A DNA stretch of 32,000 nucleotides, taken from contig NZ_CP064923.1 in assembly GCF_018336915.1 (NCBI RefSeq), positions 30,001 through 62,000 on the forward strand. Reading direction: 5' to 3'. Shown in pieces: positions 1 to 8,856 of the stretch. Within the stretch, counting starts at the first letter, position 1; each line of letters begins with the position of its first letter. The translations under genes and the position numbers were made by a program. The notes beneath the pieces were generated by a model. It did not search any database and was not told the origin of the DNA. It saw only the letters and a program-made list of their open reading frames with translations. Source of the DNA: Acaryochloris marina S15 (GTDB lineage: Bacteria > Cyanobacteriota > Cyanobacteriia > Thermosynechococcales > Thermosynechococcaceae).

Positions 1-256
1 TAGTGCCCCAGGGCGTGGCGGTATACCAGGCATCATGGTTGCCAAAGGATGCGGCATAGGGCAGTTCTAGAGTGGAGACGGCCTGCACTACTTCCACCGC
101 CTCATTGCCAAAATCCCCTACAAACAGGACTAAATCGACGCCGAGTTGTGCCAATGCCTTTGGATCCTCTTCATCCCAAGCGTCGTGAATATCCCCAATC
201 ACAGCAATTTTGATGGATGGAGAACTAGCGAGAGAAGTAGAGAGTGGCTCAGTCAT
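1..256 (-). CDS. Metallophosphoesterase (calcineurin-like), N-terminal part; the 3' end lies outside the window
   Basis: Manual minus-strand translation from the ATG at 256..254 gives MTEPLSTSLASSPSIKIAVIGDIHDAWDEEDPKALAQLGVDLVLFVGDFGNEAVEVVQAVSTLELPYAASFGNHDAWYTATPWGT. It contains the three classic motifs GDxH, GDxxxE and GNHD. Confidence 0.75.
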   Translation of the reverse strand, partial: MTEPLSTSLASSPSIKIAVIGDIHDAWDEEDPKALAQLGVDLVLFVGDFGNEAVEVVQAVSTLELPYAASFGNHDAWYTATPWGT

Positions 257-266
257 TCATGGGGGG

Positions 267-650
267 TTAGTCTTGGATATATTCTTGGTCTTGGGCCAGG
301 GCAATTTCGGCCCGGATAAACTCGCGACCTAAATAAGCAGCGTGATCTAGCTGAGTCACCAGGCAGGTTTTCGGTTCTTCAAAGATAGCAATACAGAGTT
401 CTTTTGCGGTCTTGGCCCGGAACTTAGCATCGGGTTTGCGTTCCACTTTTCCTCGACAAGATAAGGGTTCCCCCGTATCAGGGTCGACGGCTAAGCCTTT
501 ATCGTTAATGTCATTGGCATAGTGATCCGCACAAATGGCTGGGGCCTGCCGATCGAGATAGATCAAAAAGTAGCCACCCGGATCTAAAGCAATAAAGCGT
601 TGGGATAACTGGTTATTAATGGCAGCTTGATCGCTAACAATGGTGTTCAT
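267..650 (-). CDS. Small conserved protein, possibly DUF4346-type
   Basis: 127-aa ORF with clean ends. The motifs LDPGGYFLIYLDR and HAAYLGREFIRAE resemble, from memory, the DUF4346 family common in cyanobacteria. This was not verified by search. Confidence 0.45.
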   Translation of the reverse strand: MNTIVSDQAAINNQLSQRFIALDPGGYFLIYLDRQAPAICADHYANDINDKGLAVDPDTGEPLSCRGKVERKPDAKFRAKTAKELCIAIFEEPKTCLVTQLDHAAYLGREFIRAEIALAQDQEYIQD

Positions 651-731
651 GAACTAAAAATGCCGAATGGGTAGGATGCGACTCCAAGATCCAGTCTAGT
701 ACGTGAACTCCCATTAGGTGTAACGGTGTGC

Positions 732-2519
732 CTAGCTGTTGGCACTTGGGGCCATCGTGCCAGAATAGACCAACCCTTTTTTCATATCTAAGGTGAGGTG
801 GGTGCCGTCCCGAATCATGCGGGTAGCATTCTCGACGCCAACGATCACCGGAATTCGTAAGCGCAGCCCCAATACGGCGGCATGACTGTCCATTCCTCCC
901 ACTTCAGTGATGATACCGGCGGCTTTGCGAATGGCATCGACATGGCTAGCATCGGTTGCCTTCGCCACTAAAATATCGCCCCGGTGGAAGCCTTTAATAC
1001 CGTTGGGAGTGGTAATGACGCGGGCTAAGCCACTGACAGAGCCATTGCCAATGCCAATGCCTTGGCCCATAACGGCGGTGACAATCTCGACTTTGATAAA
1101 GTCCGTGGACCCCGCGACCCCCTGTAAGGTGCCTGCAGTCACCACCACTAAGTCGCCTTCTTCCACTAAGCCTTTTTCCTGGGCCACATTGAGAGAAGCT
1201 TGTAGCGTTTCATCAATAGAGGGCAAATTGAGGACCAGCAACGGCTGTACGCCCCAGACCATTTGTAATTGGCGAGCCACCTCTACGTGGGGCGTCACGG
1301 CTAAAATAGGGATATTAGGTCGATATTTGGAGACGTTTCGTCCAGTTGATCCAGTTTTGGTAAAGGTGAGAATAGCTTTGGCTTTGAGCTGAGCAGCGAT
1401 ATGGCCCACAGCTTGGCTAATCGCACTAGGGATGGCTGTTACGGATGTGTCTAGAGCAGTACTGGTATGAATGTTTTTCTCGTGATCAATCCGCTCTGCG
1501 ATTTTGGCCATAGTGGCCACAGCTTCCACAGGATAGTTGCCAACAGCGGCCTCATTGGAGAGCATGACTGCATCAGTGCCATCTAGAATGGCGTTGGCCA
1601 CATCAGAGACTTCTGCCCGCGTCGGCCTGGGAGAATTGACCATGCTGTCTAGCATTTGCGTGGCCGTAATCACAGGGATACCCAGACGGTTAGCCGTAGC
1701 GATTAACCGCTTTTGCAGAATTGGGACATCCTCTGCAGGCAGCTCAACTCCCAAGTCGCCCCGAGCAATCATCACCCCATCACAGAGACTGAGAATCTCT
1801 TCCATTTGGGTGATGGCTTCATGTTTTTCGATTTTGGCAATAACGGGGATAGATTTGCCTGCATTGGCGATGATTTCTTTAATTTCGATGACGTCTGCTG
1901 GGTTGCGGACAAAGCTGAGGGCAATCCAATCAACGCCATGGGTCAGGCCAAATTGTAGATCCTCTCGATCTTTATCGGTCAGGGCTTTGACGGATAAATA
2001 AACCCCTGGGAAATTAACGCCTTTGGAGTCAGACAGCTTCCCTCCCACAACCACACGGCAATGCAGGGTTCTGGAAGAAGTATCTACGGACTCAACGACC
2101 ATCTCGACTCGGCCATCGTCGAGGAGAATGGTGGCTCCCACAGATACTTCATCCGCCAGCTTGGAATAAGTAACCATGCTGCTGGTTTGAGTACCTGGAA
2201 CGGTCTGGCTGGTGAGGGCAAAAGGATCCCCATTCTTGAGGGTGATGGGGCCGTCAGCGAACTTACCGAGGCGGATTTTGGGCCCTTGCAGGTCTTGCAA
2301 GATGGCAACGGGCTGGTTCATCTCATAAGAGAGTTGCCGAATCAGGCGAATGGAGCGCAGATGATCGTCATGGGTGCCGTGGGAAAAGTTGAGTCGGAGA
2401 GTGGTGGCTCCTGCTTCTATGACCGCCCGCAGCATATCTGGCTTGGAGATGGCTGGCCCTACGGTGGCCACAATTTTGGTACGACGGTCGGACTCAGGCA
2501 AGGACATGTATGATTTCAA
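732..2519 (-). CDS. pyk: Pyruvate kinase with C-terminal PEP-utilizing-enzyme mobile domain
   Basis: 595-aa ORF. N-terminus RRTKIVATVGPA, then the typical PK barrel (NFSHG, MIARGDLGVE, TQMLDSM). The C-terminal extension ends in GGMDSHAAVLGLRLRIPVIVGV. The start could be Met5 (MSLPES, ATG at 2507). Confidence 0.95.
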   Translation of the reverse strand: MKSYMSLPESDRRTKIVATVGPAISKPDMLRAVIEAGATTLRLNFSHGTHDDHLRSIRLIRQLSYEMNQPVAILQDLQGPKIRLGKFADGPITLKNGDPFALTSQTVPGTQTSSMVTYSKLADEVSVGATILLDDGRVEMVVESVDTSSRTLHCRVVVGGKLSDSKGVNFPGVYLSVKALTDKDREDLQFGLTHGVDWIALSFVRNPADVIEIKEIIANAGKSIPVIAKIEKHEAITQMEEILSLCDGVMIARGDLGVELPAEDVPILQKRLIATANRLGIPVITATQMLDSMVNSPRPTRAEVSDVANAILDGTDAVMLSNEAAVGNYPVEAVATMAKIAERIDHEKNIHTSTALDTSVTAIPSAISQAVGHIAAQLKAKAILTFTKTGSTGRNVSKYRPNIPILAVTPHVEVARQLQMVWGVQPLLVLNLPSIDETLQASLNVAQEKGLVEEGDLVVVTAGTLQGVAGSTDFIKVEIVTAVMGQGIGIGNGSVSGLARVITTPNGIKGFHRGDILVAKATDASHVDAIRKAAGIITEVGGMDSHAAVLGLRLRIPVIVGVENATRMIRDGTHLTLDMKKGLVYSGTMAPSANS

Positions 2520-2647
2520 AAAAGTTTAGGCAGTAGAATGAACAATCAACAGGGTTGTCCATCAACTTAACAGTTTAGGCTGAGACGTTACCCCAAGCGA
2601 ATTTTTGGCGAAATTCCTACAGATAGATCTAAGAAACGGAGACTAGG

Positions 2648-3091
2648 GTGAAGTTAACCACACGGGGACACTATAGTGTGAAGGCGTTGCTGGATTTGAG
2701 TCTGCAGCCTAATTTTGGACCGGCATCGGTGAATGCTATTGCCAAACGTCAGTCTCTCCCGGCTCCCTATTTGGAAAAGTTGCTGATGGAGTTACGACAA
2801 GCGGGGCTGGTTCGGTCTGTTCGGGGTTCTAAGGGAGGCTATCAGTTAGCCCGTCCTCCAGTGCAAATTTCTCTGGGGCATATTTTGGAGGCGGTGGGAG
2901 AAACGGTTGAACCGTTTACAGAACAATCAGCAGCAACCCAGCAAGCGGAAGATTGGGTGACCCTCACTCTCTGGAAACGCCTGCACCAAAAACTCAAGGA
3001 ATCCCTCTACAGTATTTCCCTAGAAGATCTCTATTTTGATGCCCGCAGTTGGCAAGCTGCTCAAGGGGCAGAGACTAGCTTTGTTGTTTAG
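2648..3091 (+). CDS. Rrf2 family transcriptional regulator
   Basis: 147-aa ORF with a GTG start. N-terminus (V/M)KLTTRGHYSVKALLDLSL and the SVRGSKGGYQLARP winged-helix signature are typical of Rrf2/IscR-like proteins. Confidence 0.85.
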   Translation: MKLTTRGHYSVKALLDLSLQPNFGPASVNAIAKRQSLPAPYLEKLLMELRQAGLVRSVRGSKGGYQLARPPVQISLGHILEAVGETVEPFTEQSAATQQAEDWVTLTLWKRLHQKLKESLYSISLEDLYFDARSWQAAQGAETSFVV

Positions 3092-3116
3092 ATTTTGATG
3101 ATGTGGCTAATCCCTA

Positions 3117-4412
3117 TTAGATAGGACTAATTTCAGCTTCTACAACGACATCTTGCATATCAAAGGCAGAGTTATTGGTGTAATTGGAGTCATACTCAAC
3201 TCCTAATTCATACAAGAATACGACCTGATTGTCATTGAGTTGTAAGGTTGTGTCGTCAGGGCCTTCTAATACTTCAGCGTCTTCTAAGAATGATGTAATA
3301 GACGCTTGTCCTCCGTAAGGCTGGAAAGAGGGTGAAGTATCACCATTGAAAAGTGTAATCACCTGTTTCAATGCAGCACTATTCCACTCATTTAAGTTAG
3401 AAAAATAGCTGAGTGTTGTGTCACCACAACTGTCCGATGCATTATCCAACAGATTTCCTGTAATGGTAAGAGTTGTATTTCGAGGTACTGAGCGAGTATA
3501 GGTTGGATCACCTGGATTAATGGTCATGCTCTCAGGTGCGCTGCTAGGAAAGACAAAATTAACTGTGGCGTTTGTGGGAATAGCAGGACCGCTCACTCCA
3601 CAAGTGACCTGACCTCCAACAACATTGATGCTGATATTAGCATCGTTTGTAAAGGTTACTGTCCCATCAGTAACACTAAAAATTCGGTCGGAAGTTGCGC
3701 CGGAAGATGTTGAAGGAGCAGGGACCGTTGCATAGGTTGGTCGGGTAGCAACGGTCGCATCAGCTGCATAAATTTCATTGGGACCCAAGGCTTTAACCAC
3801 GCTGCCTTGCTTGTAAAGTTTGGCAAGGCTGCCTGTATCGTTAACACATGACAAAAAACTAGATGTGCCCGTACCTGTCCAGCCTGGAGGACAACTGGGT
3901 AATGTTCCTGTGTCTTCTATGCGATCGATGAGTGGTTCATGTTCCCAATTGGCGGGGACATTTGCATCAATATACTCTCCATCACTATCTATGCTAGGAC
4001 CCCAACGGTAAACAACTTTAGGACCTCGCCAAGTGTTATTTGTTGAGGAAGCCAGGTAATAAATGACTGGTACTCCACCTATTTTGGGGTACAACATGAG
4101 TACAGGTGCGGCTCCTGTTGGTAGCCCCGTATTAAAGTCACTCGGCTTAGTGGCAGTCGCTACGTTTTTCTCTAATTTTTCAGCCTGGCGGACTTCTGTG
4201 GCAATGAAGTCTAAAGAACGATCCAGCTCTGTGCGCCTTTCATTCTGAGCATTGGCCGTTTGACTAGATGTCAAAATCGCAACTAGGCCGAATCCACCTA
4301 ATGAAACAACTCCCAAGCTAATAGCAGCAGCAACTAGCAATTCAGGGAGAGTAAATCCTTGTATTTGTGCTGAAGGTTTCACAGTTGTATGAAAGCGAGG
4401 AAGTCTATACAT
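3117..4412 (-). CDS. Type IV minor pilin/pseudopilin, PilW-like N-terminus with about 370 aa of unassigned C-terminal sequence (cluster A, gene 4)
   Basis: 431 aa. Leader MYRLPRFHTTVKPSAQIQ, then G|FTLPELLVAAAISLGVVSLGG (prepilin cleavage/N-methylation motif with Glu5 plus a hydrophobic helix). This is followed by ERRTELDRSLDFIATEVRQA, which resembles the PilW/PulJ class. The rest is Thr/Ser/Asn-rich with paired Cys. Confidence 0.75.
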   Translation of the reverse strand: MYRLPRFHTTVKPSAQIQGFTLPELLVAAAISLGVVSLGGFGLVAILTSSQTANAQNERRTELDRSLDFIATEVRQAEKLEKNVATATKPSDFNTGLPTGAAPVLMLYPKIGGVPVIYYLASSTNNTWRGPKVVYRWGPSIDSDGEYIDANVPANWEHEPLIDRIEDTGTLPSCPPGWTGTGTSSFLSCVNDTGSLAKLYKQGSVVKALGPNEIYAADATVATRPTYATVPAPSTSSGATSDRIFSVTDGTVTFTNDANISINVVGGQVTCGVSGPAIPTNATVNFVFPSSAPESMTINPGDPTYTRSVPRNTTLTITGNLLDNASDSCGDTTLSYFSNLNEWNSAALKQVITLFNGDTSPSFQPYGGQASITSFLEDAEVLEGPDDTTLQLNDNQVVFLYELGVEYDSNYTNNSAFDMQDVVVEAEISPI

Positions 4413-4648
4413 ATGTTCAGTGTAAATAGCAAAAATGAACGTTTTATAGTGCTTGAAAGTAAAATGTCTAATAAATTGAGTTGATTTAGCTAGAAACTTT
4501 GATTTCTGGATAGTGAGAGAGTTGTATATATTAGTTTAGAGGAAAAATATTAGTTTATTTTATCAACTTTAGACATTACATTTCAGTAAATTAGCTTGCC
4601 AATTTACAATCAGTTTTTTTGATTTCGACAAAGCGGTCTGAAACACAC

Positions 4649-5185
4649 TTAAGATGACGTATGGCAGTTAGTGGGTGTGGCTTGCCCTGAAGAAGGAGGA
4701 AATGAGCCTTTAAATTCTCCTACTCGAATGATGCCAATACCTGCAGAAATGGCTAAGCAGCGCATTCCTCCTGATTGGTCAGGATGGTAAAACACAAAGA
4801 CGTTACTCGAAGAAGTAGATCCTTTGGGAGAAAACTCTATTGTGTCTGGGTTTTGAGCAACTAGTGTTACTCCTGATATTTGGTTTCTGCCGTTGACTTG
4901 AGTTAGATCTCGGCTCCCTGTTGGTAAGCAATTAGAGGGGTTAGCTGCAACCGATGAAGATGTGATGGTCAAACTGCAGCGTTGGCTTGTTCGAATTGCT
5001 GAAGCTTGACCTTCTTTTAAAGCGCCTTCTACTTGCGCCAGAACATCTTCTACCCTTTTTTTATTGACCCAACTTAAAAAACTAGGAGTTCCTAGAGCGG
5101 CAAAAATTCCTAAGATTAATACTATGGCTAAGACTTCGGGTAAGGAAAAACCTTGATATTTTTTTGTGGATTGTAGTTGTTTCAT
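4649..5185 (-). CDS. GspH/FimT(FimU)-like minor pilin (cluster A, gene 3)
   Basis: The track ORF is 4649..5317. Met45 (ATG 5185..5183) gives MKQLQSTKKYQ G|FSLPEVLAIVLILGIFAALGTPSFLSW, then KRVEDVLAQVEGALKEGQASAIRTSQRCSLT (GspH/FimT-like). The longer start would overlap the upstream gene by 107 nt. Confidence 0.7.
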   Translation of the reverse strand: MKQLQSTKKYQGFSLPEVLAIVLILGIFAALGTPSFLSWVNKKRVEDVLAQVEGALKEGQASAIRTSQRCSLTITSSSVAANPSNCLPTGSRDLTQVNGRNQISGVTLVAQNPDTIEFSPKGSTSSSNVFVFYHPDQSGGMRCLAISAGIGIIRVGEFKGSFPPSSGQATPTNCHTSS

Positions 5186-5210
5186 GTCCTTAGTTGATAG
5201 AATCCTCAAC

Positions 5211-5759
5211 TCAAGGACATGCCAAGGAAGCATCTGGAATAATTTTGGCTTGAGTGATAGCGATTGGAATAAATTTGCCTTCAATGATCTCGCTGGGGGA
5301 GTAATCGGCTGATACAACTCGATATTCCAATTTCAGAACATTAAATGGCGCTGATGTTGGAAGAGTATGAATGCGAGCTACAGTATAAGCCCGATTGCCA
5401 ATCGCACTGGTTTTATTAGTAAATTGAGGCGAAATATTATCCAGTCCATTAATTTCGTCTAGTAGGCGGTCTGCATATCCTGTAGTTTTTGTTCTTCCTT
5501 GGCAGGCATCTAGAACAATGTTGTAGCTAGAGCCAGCATAATCTAATCGATTGGATTCATACCTCACTCGTTCAAGATCTTCTTGAATCCAAGTGGTTGC
5601 TTCGCTGAGTTCTTTACCTTTAACTCTAAAGACGGTGGCGGCCACGAAAGCTTGCATTGCTGTACCAATGAAACTTGCAATTATTACTAAACCTACTAGT
5701 ACTTCAACTAATGTGAAGCCAGCTTCTCGGGGGTGATTAAAACTAGACTGCCTAGGCAT
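5211..5759 (-). CDS. Small type IV minor pilin/pseudopilin, PilV-like size class (cluster A, gene 2)
   Basis: 182 aa. MPRQSSFNHPREA G|FTLVEVLVGLVIIASFIGTAMQAF shows the classic prepilin leader, Glu5 and hydrophobic helix. Confidence 0.75.
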   Translation of the reverse strand: MPRQSSFNHPREAGFTLVEVLVGLVIIASFIGTAMQAFVAATVFRVKGKELSEATTWIQEDLERVRYESNRLDYAGSSYNIVLDACQGRTKTTGYADRLLDEINGLDNISPQFTNKTSAIGNRAYTVARIHTLPTSAPFNVLKLEYRVVSADYSPSEIIEGKFIPIAITQAKIIPDASLACP

Positions 5760-5922
5760 AGACTTAGCTCACTATCTCTAAAAAATTAGGTTATGGTTCT
5801 TTTAATTCTGTCTAATAATTTGTTTGATGAAGCCTAGAATAATTACATGATAAGCATTTATGCAGAATTAATTACAATCCATTTCTTTGCTAACTCAAAT
5901 GCCCTTAGCTTGCTTTATACTT

Positions 5923-7305
5923 TTAGCTCACGTCTTTCTCTTTAGTTTCCCAGGATTGGATCGGACCAATTTGAGGAGGATATGTGATGGTTATCGGTGC
6001 ACTTCCCCAGGCTCCTCTTGGTGGATCTAATACAGGAGTTCTAACTGCCCCATCGTCTAACCAACGGTTAACCCAAAAAATACCTGTATTTAAGTTGTAA
6101 GAAGTTGGGGCGCTTGGGTTACTTGGAGGTGGGGGCTTGAGACTACAATAATCGTTGTTAGAGATAGGAGGTGGAGCAGCTACTGGCGAAGATCCACTTT
6201 TTTTGTTCATGACATCATAGCTTGGGGCATGGATGAAAATATCACATACTACTGAGCCTTTATCCAAAGTAATATCTTTATCACCGCCTTGGCCGAAAAT
6301 TTTTACTGTGTGAGCATTGCAGTTGGGTCGGCTACCACAAATGTTCCTGATTTTTTCCCCTCTTAAATCAATATCTTCATTGACCCATATCTCAATTATT
6401 TTTAGAGGGCCTGTATCATTATTTACAGAAAAACCACCATCCAAATCGTCGATGACATATCTATATGTCTGTGTATTGTTGGTGGAGTTGCTCTCTTGAG
6501 CTACCTCAAACGGTTGAGGTAAAGTACTAGGCATGCTTGTCAGTAAGTGAAAGTTACCTGGTAAAGGTTGGGCAAGTACGGCTGGTATATTAATACTGGC
6601 ATTAGACAACTCTAACTCCCGTGATTTGTATAGATTAGGGTTAGTTGGAATGGTTGTCACAGAATTGCAGTTACCTAGCACATCCGCTTCGATCTCACCT
6701 GTATTAGCTGAAGTTTGAACCCACAAACCTGCAATGTTAGGCGGAGGTGGATATACAGGGAATTTAACTTCTAGCTGAGAAATGGATTCGCTAGGTTGGC
6801 CTTCGTTGACTCTGCCTTGAACCGTCAAAATCCCAACGTTACTGGTATAGGTGTAATCTACTAATCTATATTCACCTTGAGAAGGTTTACTAGAATCCAC
6901 ATCATGCCAAACAGTCCGTTTGGCATGACTAGCAATTTTGCTATTGTTATCGGATGCACAGCCCAAGAAAGGACTGGCTATGTTGCTTGGGTTATGCCAA
7001 CTGGTTTCCGAGCTACTATCTTGGCAAATATTATTGCTAGCCCAACCTAGTTTGCAGGCAGGCTGCAACGCGAGTTCACGATAGTCGTTGATGAGATTTC
7101 GAATTTCGTTGACCCCGGTTTCTGCGGCGTTGAGGCTTTTGGCGGTATCTTTTTGTGCGATCGCACTCACCTGACTATCTTGCGATCGCAAAAGCATCGT
7201 CAACCCGACTAACAGGATAATCAGTCCCATCCCAATGGCGACAGGCAAAGCAAAGCCTGCTTGTCCCTTTCGGTATTTCAGAGAGTATACAATCCATTTA
7301 TTCAT
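5923..7305 (-). CDS. PilX_N-type pilus-associated protein with Pro-rich C-terminal region (cluster A, gene 1)
   Basis: 460 aa. The N-terminus GQAGFALPVAIGMGLIILLVGLTMLL has no Glu5. It is followed by SLNAAETGVNEI, the pattern I associate with the PilX N-terminal domain (hydrophobic helix, then an A-A-E-x-G motif). Later segments include PPPPNIAG and AAPPPISNNDYCSLKPPPPSNPSAP. Confidence 0.6.
   Translation of the reverse strand: MNKWIVYSLKYRKGQAGFALPVAIGMGLIILLVGLTMLLRSQDSQVSAIAQKDTAKSLNAAETGVNEIRNLINDYRELALQPACKLGWASNNICQDSSSETSWHNPSNIASPFLGCASDNNSKIASHAKRTVWHDVDSSKPSQGEYRLVDYTYTSNVGILTVQGRVNEGQPSESISQLEVKFPVYPPPPNIAGLWVQTSANTGEIEADVLGNCNSVTTIPTNPNLYKSRELELSNASINIPAVLAQPLPGNFHLLTSMPSTLPQPFEVAQESNSTNNTQTYRYVIDDLDGGFSVNNDTGPLKIIEIWVNEDIDLRGEKIRNICGSRPNCNAHTVKIFGQGGDKDITLDKGSVVCDIFIHAPSYDVMNKKSGSSPVAAPPPISNNDYCSLKPPPPSNPSAPTSYNLNTGIFWVNRWLDDGAVRTPVLDPPRGAWGSAPITITYPPQIGPIQSWETKEKDVS
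7157..7189. repeat. HIP1 (GCGATCGC) palindromes: a representative pair among eight copies in the window
   Basis: GCGATCGC occurs at 7157, 7182, 11444, 14761, 19447, 19813, 20545 and 23731 (start positions, read by eye). A random 32-kb sequence would be expected to contain about 0.5 copies of a given palindromic 8-mer. HIP1 enrichment is a hallmark of many cyanobacterial genomes. Confidence 0.8.
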
Positions 7306-7559
7306 GGTTGAGAGTTTTCGCCAACACAGATGTACAGCATTCTATCTAATACAGATCTTGCAGATTGTTATACAAACTATACCGAATATCTCTATAAAAA
7401 TTAAGTATTTCTCCTCACGTCAATCAATGATTTCGAGTATAGCCATTCTAGCAGTTGGCTTCAGTACTGGCAGACAATAATGTGATTTAGATCAGGCCTT
7501 AGCTGTAGTTTTTTGAGATAACAAAATATTTTGTCAACACTCAAATAAAAATAACTTTC

Positions 7560-7575
7560 AGTGATCTAGATCACA
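7560..7575. promoter_or_regulatory. CRP/SyCrp1-type binding-site candidate (aGTGA-N6-TCACA)
   Basis: The sequence is agtgatctagatcaca. The core GTGATCTAGATCAC is a perfect 14-bp palindrome and matches TGTGA-N6-TCACA at 9 of 10 positions. It lies 255 bp upstream of the cluster A start (7305) and 657 bp upstream of the cluster B start (8232). A weaker site, tgtgatttagatcagg, sits at 7481..7496. Confidence 0.5.
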
Positions 7576-8231
7576 CAAGCTAGTGATTTCGATTTCTAAA
7601 CTAGACTCTCAGGAAAAATAATTCATTCACCTTGATATGTCTAGGTTGAAAGGGTTGTGCCTGATTCTGTAAATACCTGATTCAGCCACATTCTACACAC
7701 CAGCATAAGTTTCTCTATCTACTAATTAACCAATATCAATCAGCAGTTTATAAAGATTGCTCGATTCTATAGTTCATGAATGATCTATTGCTAGGGTAAG
7801 AAATCTAGCAATATTTTGTCTGATATTGGTCTTTAGTTTACTTATTCTGTTGTTTCATATCTCTTAGTCGAGATCATTGTTTTCACTGAGATAATATATT
7901 TCTTGATTGTATATTTAAGTGTCTGAAAAGTATGACTTATAGGATTTCCGGGATATCACTGAGGTGACGAAGGAAGATTTTATATAAAGTTATTGTCAGG
8001 GATTGCGAAATCGTAAGGCAATATCTACCGAACCTATTTCTGGAATTGGTGCTTGGGAGCTACTGAAACCAGCATGGAGACTAATCAAGAGTCACTTGTT
8101 TGTGAGATCTTGGTGTGCTTTTGCATGGCGATTTTCTTGACGTGCAAAATATCGATCGACGCCTCAATTAGATGGTGATCAGTTTTGTTTAAGTTGAGTC
8201 CATCCTAGGAATTAAGAATAGAGTTTATCTC

Positions 8232-8810
8232 ATGGGTCAGTACAAGTTGTCTTTGGTACTTTACAACCACTTAATTAAATATTTGCAACCATCAGATCCT
8301 GATGCAGGATTCTCACTTATCGAAGTCATGGTTGTTATTGCACTTACGGCATTTCTAGCTGCTTTTGCCGTACCTGCGATCACTTTTGGTAACAATCCAC
8401 TGCGAGATTCATCTAACCGAATTGCCGCGAGTATGAAGTGGGCTAGGGCTCAAGCAATGGCTTCGACTTCTGCAGTGCGGATTCGCCCGATCTCAAATAC
8501 ACAATTTGTGATGGAGCGAGCGAATAGGTGTACTGAACCGAATGCTGCCAATTGGACCATTATTAGTGACCAAGTCGAAAAAGATGGGCAAATGGTCTAC
8601 GAAGATTTAAGTCTAGATACACCGGCACAGTTGACTACCGTTACGGAAGATGGAGTGGCTGCGACGCCTACAACTTGGGATATCTGTTTTAACACTCGAG
8701 GAATAGCGGATAAAACCCTGGCTCTAACGATGCAGCATACGGGAAATAGTGACCAACGAACCATGACTATTTTTCGCGGAGGCACAGTTGATCTTACTGA
8801 TATCAGTTAA
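8232..8810 (+). CDS. GspH/FimT(FimU)-like minor pilin (cluster B, gene 1)
   Basis: 192 aa. A long leader ends in DPDA G|FSLIEVMVVIALTAFLAAFAVPAITF, followed by RDSSNRIAASMKWARAQAMASTSAVRIRP (GspH/FimT-like). Confidence 0.7.
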   Translation: MGQYKLSLVLYNHLIKYLQPSDPDAGFSLIEVMVVIALTAFLAAFAVPAITFGNNPLRDSSNRIAASMKWARAQAMASTSAVRIRPISNTQFVMERANRCTEPNAANWTIISDQVEKDGQMVYEDLSLDTPAQLTTVTEDGVAATPTTWDICFNTRGIADKTLALTMQHTGNSDQRTMTIFRGGTVDLTDIS

Positions 8811-8856
8811 CGGTAACTCCCTAGAAATGAGAAATGTATCGTAGATCGAGAAATTC

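Noticed and set aside
907-2513. Long ORFs (161, 154, 81, 150 and 74 aa) on the strand opposite to, or out of frame with, pyruvate kinase
   Set aside because: They lie entirely within a very well-supported pyk reading frame. Their products are low-complexity, Ala/Ser/Arg/Pro-rich translations typical of antisense frames in a GC-balanced gene, and no motif is recognisable.
5186-5317. N-terminal extension of the FimT-like ORF (track start at 5317)
   Set aside because: The extension would overlap the upstream pilin gene by 107 nt and would place about 55 residues before the G|FSLPE cleavage site. Met45 gives a normal 12-residue prepilin leader.
7235-7480. 81-aa ORF in the pilin spacer
   Set aside because: It overlaps the start of the pilX-like gene on the opposite strand. 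Its composition is AT-driven and Ile/Phe/Ser-rich. It has no RBS or motif.
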